From: Candidatus Aminicenantes bacterium
GTDB lineage: Bacteria; Acidobacteriota; Aminicenantia; Aminicenantales; Saccharicenantaceae
Assembly: GCA_034679465.1 (NCBI GenBank)
Contig: JAXDAV010000026.1
Location: 239-64,238 of the forward strand
Length of the DNA: 64,000 bases
Direction: 5' to 3'
Shown here: positions 60,750 through 64,000 of the stretch, piece after piece
How the letters are laid out: each line of letters starts with the position of its first letter
Numbering within the stretch: the first letter of the stretch is position 1
Program-made: the position numbers and the translations under genes
Notes under the pieces: model-generated
Seen by the model: only the letters and a program-made list of their open reading frames with translations
The model's database searches: none
Told to the model about the DNA's origin: nothing

Positions 60750-62472
60750 ACCTTCTGATGAAGCGGAGGTGGCGGACGCGGCTGGCGTAGACGCGGAAGC
60801 CGTCGATGGCCCCTGACCCGTCGCGGGTAAAGCGAAGGATGTCGCCATCCGCTTCGAAGGCCTCCGCGTAGACAGGCATGAGCACCATCCTCTGAGCCGG
60901 CCGGAAGCGGAGCTTGAGCCTCCCGTCCTCGACGAAGAGCACGTAGGTCGTGTCGATCTCATCGCTGTAGTATGTGCCGGCATAGGCTTCGAGGTCGGCC
61001 GCTTTCGGAGTGAAGGGCGGGACGGCCTCCCACAGAACCGGCTTGGACCCTGCGCTGGAATCGCGCATCCGGAGAGGCGCCCCGGCGGCTCCGGGCTCGA
61101 AGACGGCCTGCCTCGAGCCGTCGGACAGGGCAAAGGTCGTCGGCGACAGGGCGATGACGGGCTGGCCGCCGATGCGCAGGGACTTGCCGCTTGGATCAAG
61201 AACGACCCTCGTCACGCCGTCGGTCAGGGGATCCCGATAAACGCCGGCGTAGGACTTGAGCGTCGCCGCGGCGACGCTCACAGCCGTGGGCTTGGCCGGC
61301 TCCTTGATCTTCTCCGCGAGGTAGATGTCGGCGACCTCATGGGCCAATCGCGCCGGATTGGACCCGCTCACGTTGCTCAGGACGGCGATCGACAGCCGCT
61401 CGTCCGGATATCTGGCCAGGTACGTCTGATATCCGGCCGTGGAGCCGCCGTGACTGACCTCGCGCACGCCCTTGTGCGCCGTCACGATCAGCCCCTGGGC
61501 GTAGGCGTTCTCGAAGCCGTCGTTGAGACGGCCGCGGGTCTCGAGCTGATCGACCAGGGCCCGGCCTCCGACGCGCGGATTGTCGAGGTTCTCGTTCCAA
61601 ACAAGAAGGTCGCCGGCCGTGGTCAGCAGGCCGCCGTTGCCGATGACGTTGGTGAAGGACATGTTGGTATAGAACGGCCCGTCGCCACGGCGCCCGTAGG
61701 CCGTGGCCCGGTCGGGGACGATCTCGCGGAAGTCGTCGCGCCACTGGGTGCGCGTCATCCCGAGAGGCTTGAACAAGCGCTCCTGGCAGAAGGCCTCGAG
61801 GCTCTTCCCGGAGACGCGGGCGACGACGACGCCGAGGAGGGTGTAGCCGGTATTGCAGTACAGGAATTCGTCGCCCGGCTTGAAATTCAGCTCTTTCATC
61901 CGGCCGACGAGCTCGATGATCTCGGGGACGGTATGGACGGCCTGCCCGGTCGGGCGCCCGGACAGGTACATCAGCGGCCATTGGCTCCGCAGGCCGCTGG
62001 TGTGATGGAGGAGGTGGCGGATGAGGATGGGCGTCCCGAAGTCCGGGACCTCGGGGATGTGCTTCCGGACGGGGTCGTCGAGCGAGAGCTTGCCGTCCTG
62101 GCAGAGGAGGGCGATGGCCGCCGCGGTGAACTGTTTGGCCACGGACCCGGATTCGAAGATCGTGTCCGGCCTCAGCCGGATCCCGTATTCGAGGTTGGCC
62201 ATGCCGTACGCTTTGACCAGGACCGGCTGGCCGCCGACGGCGACGCCGACGACGCAGCCCGGCGTATCGCTCCGGTTGAAGCGCTCGAAGACGCGGTCGA
62301 CCTTGGCTTCGGTCGACAGCTGCGGCGGCTTCGGATCGGGCGCCTGTCGGGCCGGCGTCTGTCGCCCCGGGCCGGACGGCTGGGCCCGTCCGGCCGCGAT
62401 CGGCACCGTCATCGACAGCGTGGCGAAGAGGATCGTGAATGCGAGCCTGCGGCGATTCCTGGGGGTCTTCAT
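60748..62472 (-). CDS. Secreted class C beta-lactamase-fold serine hydrolase with C-terminal beta domain
   Basis: ORF 60748..62604. Start ATG 62472 (MKTPRNRRRLAFTILFATLSMTV...). SxxK (SVAKQ), YxN (YCNTGY), HGG (SHGGSTAGY). Confidence 0.8.
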   Translation of the reverse strand: MKTPRNRRRLAFTILFATLSMTVPIAAGRAQPSGPGRQTPARQAPDPKPPQLSTEAKVDRVFERFNRSDTPGCVVGVAVGGQPVLVKAYGMANLEYGIRLRPDTIFESGSVAKQFTAAAIALLCQDGKLSLDDPVRKHIPEVPDFGTPILIRHLLHHTSGLRSQWPLMYLSGRPTGQAVHTVPEIIELVGRMKELNFKPGDEFLYCNTGYTLLGVVVARVSGKSLEAFCQERLFKPLGMTRTQWRDDFREIVPDRATAYGRRGDGPFYTNMSFTNVIGNGGLLTTAGDLLVWNENLDNPRVGGRALVDQLETRGRLNDGFENAYAQGLIVTAHKGVREVSHGGSTAGYQTYLARYPDERLSIAVLSNVSGSNPARLAHEVADIYLAEKIKEPAKPTAVSVAAATLKSYAGVYRDPLTDGVTRVVLDPSGKSLRIGGQPVIALSPTTFALSDGSRQAVFEPGAAGAPLRMRDSSAGSKPVLWEAVPPFTPKAADLEAYAGTYYSDEIDTTYVLFVEDGRLKLRFRPAQRMVLMPVYAEAFEADGDILRFTRDGSGAIDGFRVYASRVRHLRFIRR

Positions 62473-62582
62473 GGGTCTCCTCCGGTCCGAGCTTCTGGGG
62501 GTCTCACGATTCGTCCTCCCCGGCCATTCCGAAAGACCTGACTTCGCCGGGAGAACAGCCTGCGCAGTCGGGGATTGGTGAC

Positions 62583-62760
62583 AATAGAGGGGCGGACCAC
62601 GCAAATAAAGGCATTATCAGTAGGATACTTCATTATTTGGGGCATGGAAAGCCTTAAAACCGGCCTTAAAACCGGCGTTTTTACCGGCAAAAACACTGAA
62701 GTTATCAAAGCCGAGTATCGGCGGACTCAGTGGAGAAGACGCTTCATTCCCTGGACCGGA
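62583..62760. repeat. Composite repeat region sharing modules with 60575-60749 and 49515-49570
   Basis: 62645-62695 contains a tandem 12-mer GCCTTAAAACCG x2 and the quasi-palindrome GTTTTTACCGGCAAAAAC. 62738-62760 (GACGCTTCATTCCCTGGACCGG) resembles 49548-49569. 62583-62602 loosely resembles the inverted 18-mer. Confidence 0.6.
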
Positions 62761-62899
62761 AAAAATGGACTTGGGCCGGGAAGAGGGCTAAAATGACTCC
62801 ACTCGCGGGCCCGATGAAAACCTTATTGCAGCCGTCCCATGGTCCGGACTTTGGGGTCCATCCCTGGGCCAACTAAACACAAATAAACAGGGGGCAGCC

Positions 62900-64000
62900 A
62901 TGAAAATGGGGCCAATCAGGATAGGGAAGGCATTCGCGGCGTGCATTTCCATAGCGATGTTTTTCCATAGCCGTCCTATTCAAGGTAGCCAACTCGGTAA
63001 GATAGATATGACCTTTAATAAGGAACTGGAAATTACGTCGAGCTTGGGCCAATTAGGTAATCAATTCTACTATCCTTCAGTCGTTGACGCAGATTCCGAA
63101 GGCAATATCATAATAATCGAGCCAACTGAAGCTCGAATACAGATATTCGATGCCAGAGGTCTGTTCGTAAAGTCAATTGGCGGAAAAGGGCAAGGACCGG
63201 GAGAATTCGAGACACCCATCTTATTGTCAATATCCAAGAAACGTGAAATCTATGTTGGGGATATTGTGCGAAGAACCATAACGATCTTTTCTGCAACTGG
63301 GCATTTTGTCAAGAGCATTCATATACCTTCGGGGATGTGGATGCTGAAAAAGTTCGTGGTCGACTCGAAAGAAAACATAATTTGCGGGTTTGTGCCGATG
63401 GGCCATCAAAGATATACCGTCGCTAAATACGATCCGAGCTTCGGTCTATTGAAGACCATAGCGGAGTTCAATGAGATTACGAGCTTATTGGTGTTTGGGG
63501 GAATCTCATTCCTGCCTCCGCGGTATTCACCCTCGATCATTTGGGATCTTGACGAAAACGACAACCTCGTGATTTGCAAGAACGATGTCTATGAGCTTCT
63601 TTTGTTTGATGCGACAAGCAGATTAATCAATAGGAACAAGATCGATCATGCCTCCGAGGCAATCAGCCGTGATGAGAGGGATTCAATAATCGCAGAAATG
63701 GGCGAACGAGCGAGACCCTACATTGACAAAATAAGCATACCTAAGGTCAAACCTCCCATTATGGACCTTGTTAAATGGGATAAGTACTTGTTCGTCCTGA
63801 GGACGACCACCGGAGACCAACGCAGCTATGATGTTCTTGATGAGAAACTGCGTGCAATCGGCCAAATCCGAATACCCTTTAAGCTCTTTAAGTGCCGAGA
63901 TGATAAGGCTTATTCGATAGAGGCAAGAATCAACCCCGAGACTGAAGAATTAGAAGACATTCGGATATCAAGATATGGAATTATGGATAATTATTCCAAC
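62900..64000 (+). CDS. NHL-repeat / six-bladed beta-propeller-like exported protein, 3' truncated by window end
   Basis: Not in the ORF track. My own translation from ATG 62900 stays open for 367 codons to the window edge: MKMGPIRIGKAFAACISIAMFF...GNQFYYPSVVDADSEGNIIIIEPTEARIQIFDARGLFVKSIGGKGQGPGEFETP (NHL-like). GC is far below the rest of the window. Confidence 0.6.
   Translation, partial: MKMGPIRIGKAFAACISIAMFFHSRPIQGSQLGKIDMTFNKELEITSSLGQLGNQFYYPSVVDADSEGNIIIIEPTEARIQIFDARGLFVKSIGGKGQGPGEFETPILLSISKKREIYVGDIVRRTITIFSATGHFVKSIHIPSGMWMLKKFVVDSKENIICGFVPMGHQRYTVAKYDPSFGLLKTIAEFNEITSLLVFGGISFLPPRYSPSIIWDLDENDNLVICKNDVYELLLFDATSRLINRNKIDHASEAISRDERDSIIAEMGERARPYIDKISIPKVKPPIMDLVKWDKYLFVLRTTTGDQRSYDVLDEKLRAIGQIRIPFKLFKCRDDKAYSIEARINPETEELEDIRISRYGIMDNYSN

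Noticed and set aside
62651-62674. Tandem GCCTTAAAACCG x2, the other short direct repeats in the AT-rich gaps, and the heptamer pair at 17838-17851, considered as a possible CRISPR or minisatellite.
   Set aside because: There are only two adjacent units, with no spacers, no regular repeat-spacer periodicity and no cas genes in the window.
62575-62796. 73-aa ORF (MVTIEGRTTQIKALS...) and the other small ORFs (60-90 aa) in the repeat-rich gap 62.5-62.9 kb.
   Set aside because: They span repeat modules, have no RBS, and their sequence is dictated by the repeats (…LKTGLKTGVFTGKN… comes from the tandem 12-mer). They are more likely non-coding.
1-64000. Scan of all intergenic regions for tRNA, rRNA or tmRNA-like sequences and for integrase or transposase genes.
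   Set aside because: No T-loop (GTTCGAATC-like) or cloverleaf candidates were found by eye, nor any rRNA-like conserved stretches. No ORF resembles a recombinase or transposase. A proper tRNAscan/Infernal run is still advisable.

Overview
High-GC (about two-thirds G+C by eye) bacterial chromosomal window, densely coding, with about 52 protein genes. I found no rRNA, tRNA or CRISPR array by eye. The gene content (Oar-type CarboxypepD_reg TonB receptor, GWxTD protein, DUF1579, many exported beta-lactamase-fold hydrolases, glycyl-radical enzyme, group 4 hydrogenase) suggests an anaerobic Acidobacteriota/Aminicenantes-like organism; this is inference only.

Functional blocks:
- (1) 0-11.2 kb: a GntR-headed, entirely exported or outer-membrane gene set. 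It holds a TonB receptor, a Tat-signal alpha-oxoamine-synthase-like PLP enzyme, class C-like and class A-like serine hydrolases and a Tat-like-signal dipeptide epimerase. A cytoplasmic D-Ser/D-Thr-type PLP enzyme sits alongside. Together this reads as a D-amino-acid peptide (muropeptide) scavenging locus.
- (2) 11.3-17.7 kb: acyl-ACP thioesterase, GWxTD/TPR protein, Ser/Thr kinase, mutarotase, SpoIIM-like protein.
- (3) 17.9-21.2 kb: glycyl-radical enzyme plus activase.
- (4) 22.7-37.2 kb: a formate-hydrogenlyase-like group 4 [NiFe]-hydrogenase operon. Its input module is a non-canonical molybdopterin subunit plus AsrA/AsrB-like subunits. Paralogous receiver proteins bracket it, and it is translationally coupled to a Cache histidine kinase.
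- (5) 38.2-45.5 kb: lower-GC accessory genes. These are a PD-(D/E)xK-DUF2075 nuclease-helicase, a RelE/RHH TA pair and an HTH + nucleotidyltransferase pair. They are interleaved with housekeeping genes.
- (6) 45.6-62.5 kb: an L-arabinose / beta-L-arabinofuranoside utilisation locus (isomerase, araD, araB, Asp-box propeller, 2x GH127, GH51). Its intergenic regions carry a mosaic family of AT-rich repeats, including a perfect 32-bp inverted repeat that encloses an extended -10 promoter.
- (7) From about 62.6 kb: an abrupt GC drop and a 3'-truncated NHL/beta-propeller gene that the ORF track misses.

Many long ORFs in the track are antisense or alternate-frame shadows typical of high-GC DNA and were rejected.
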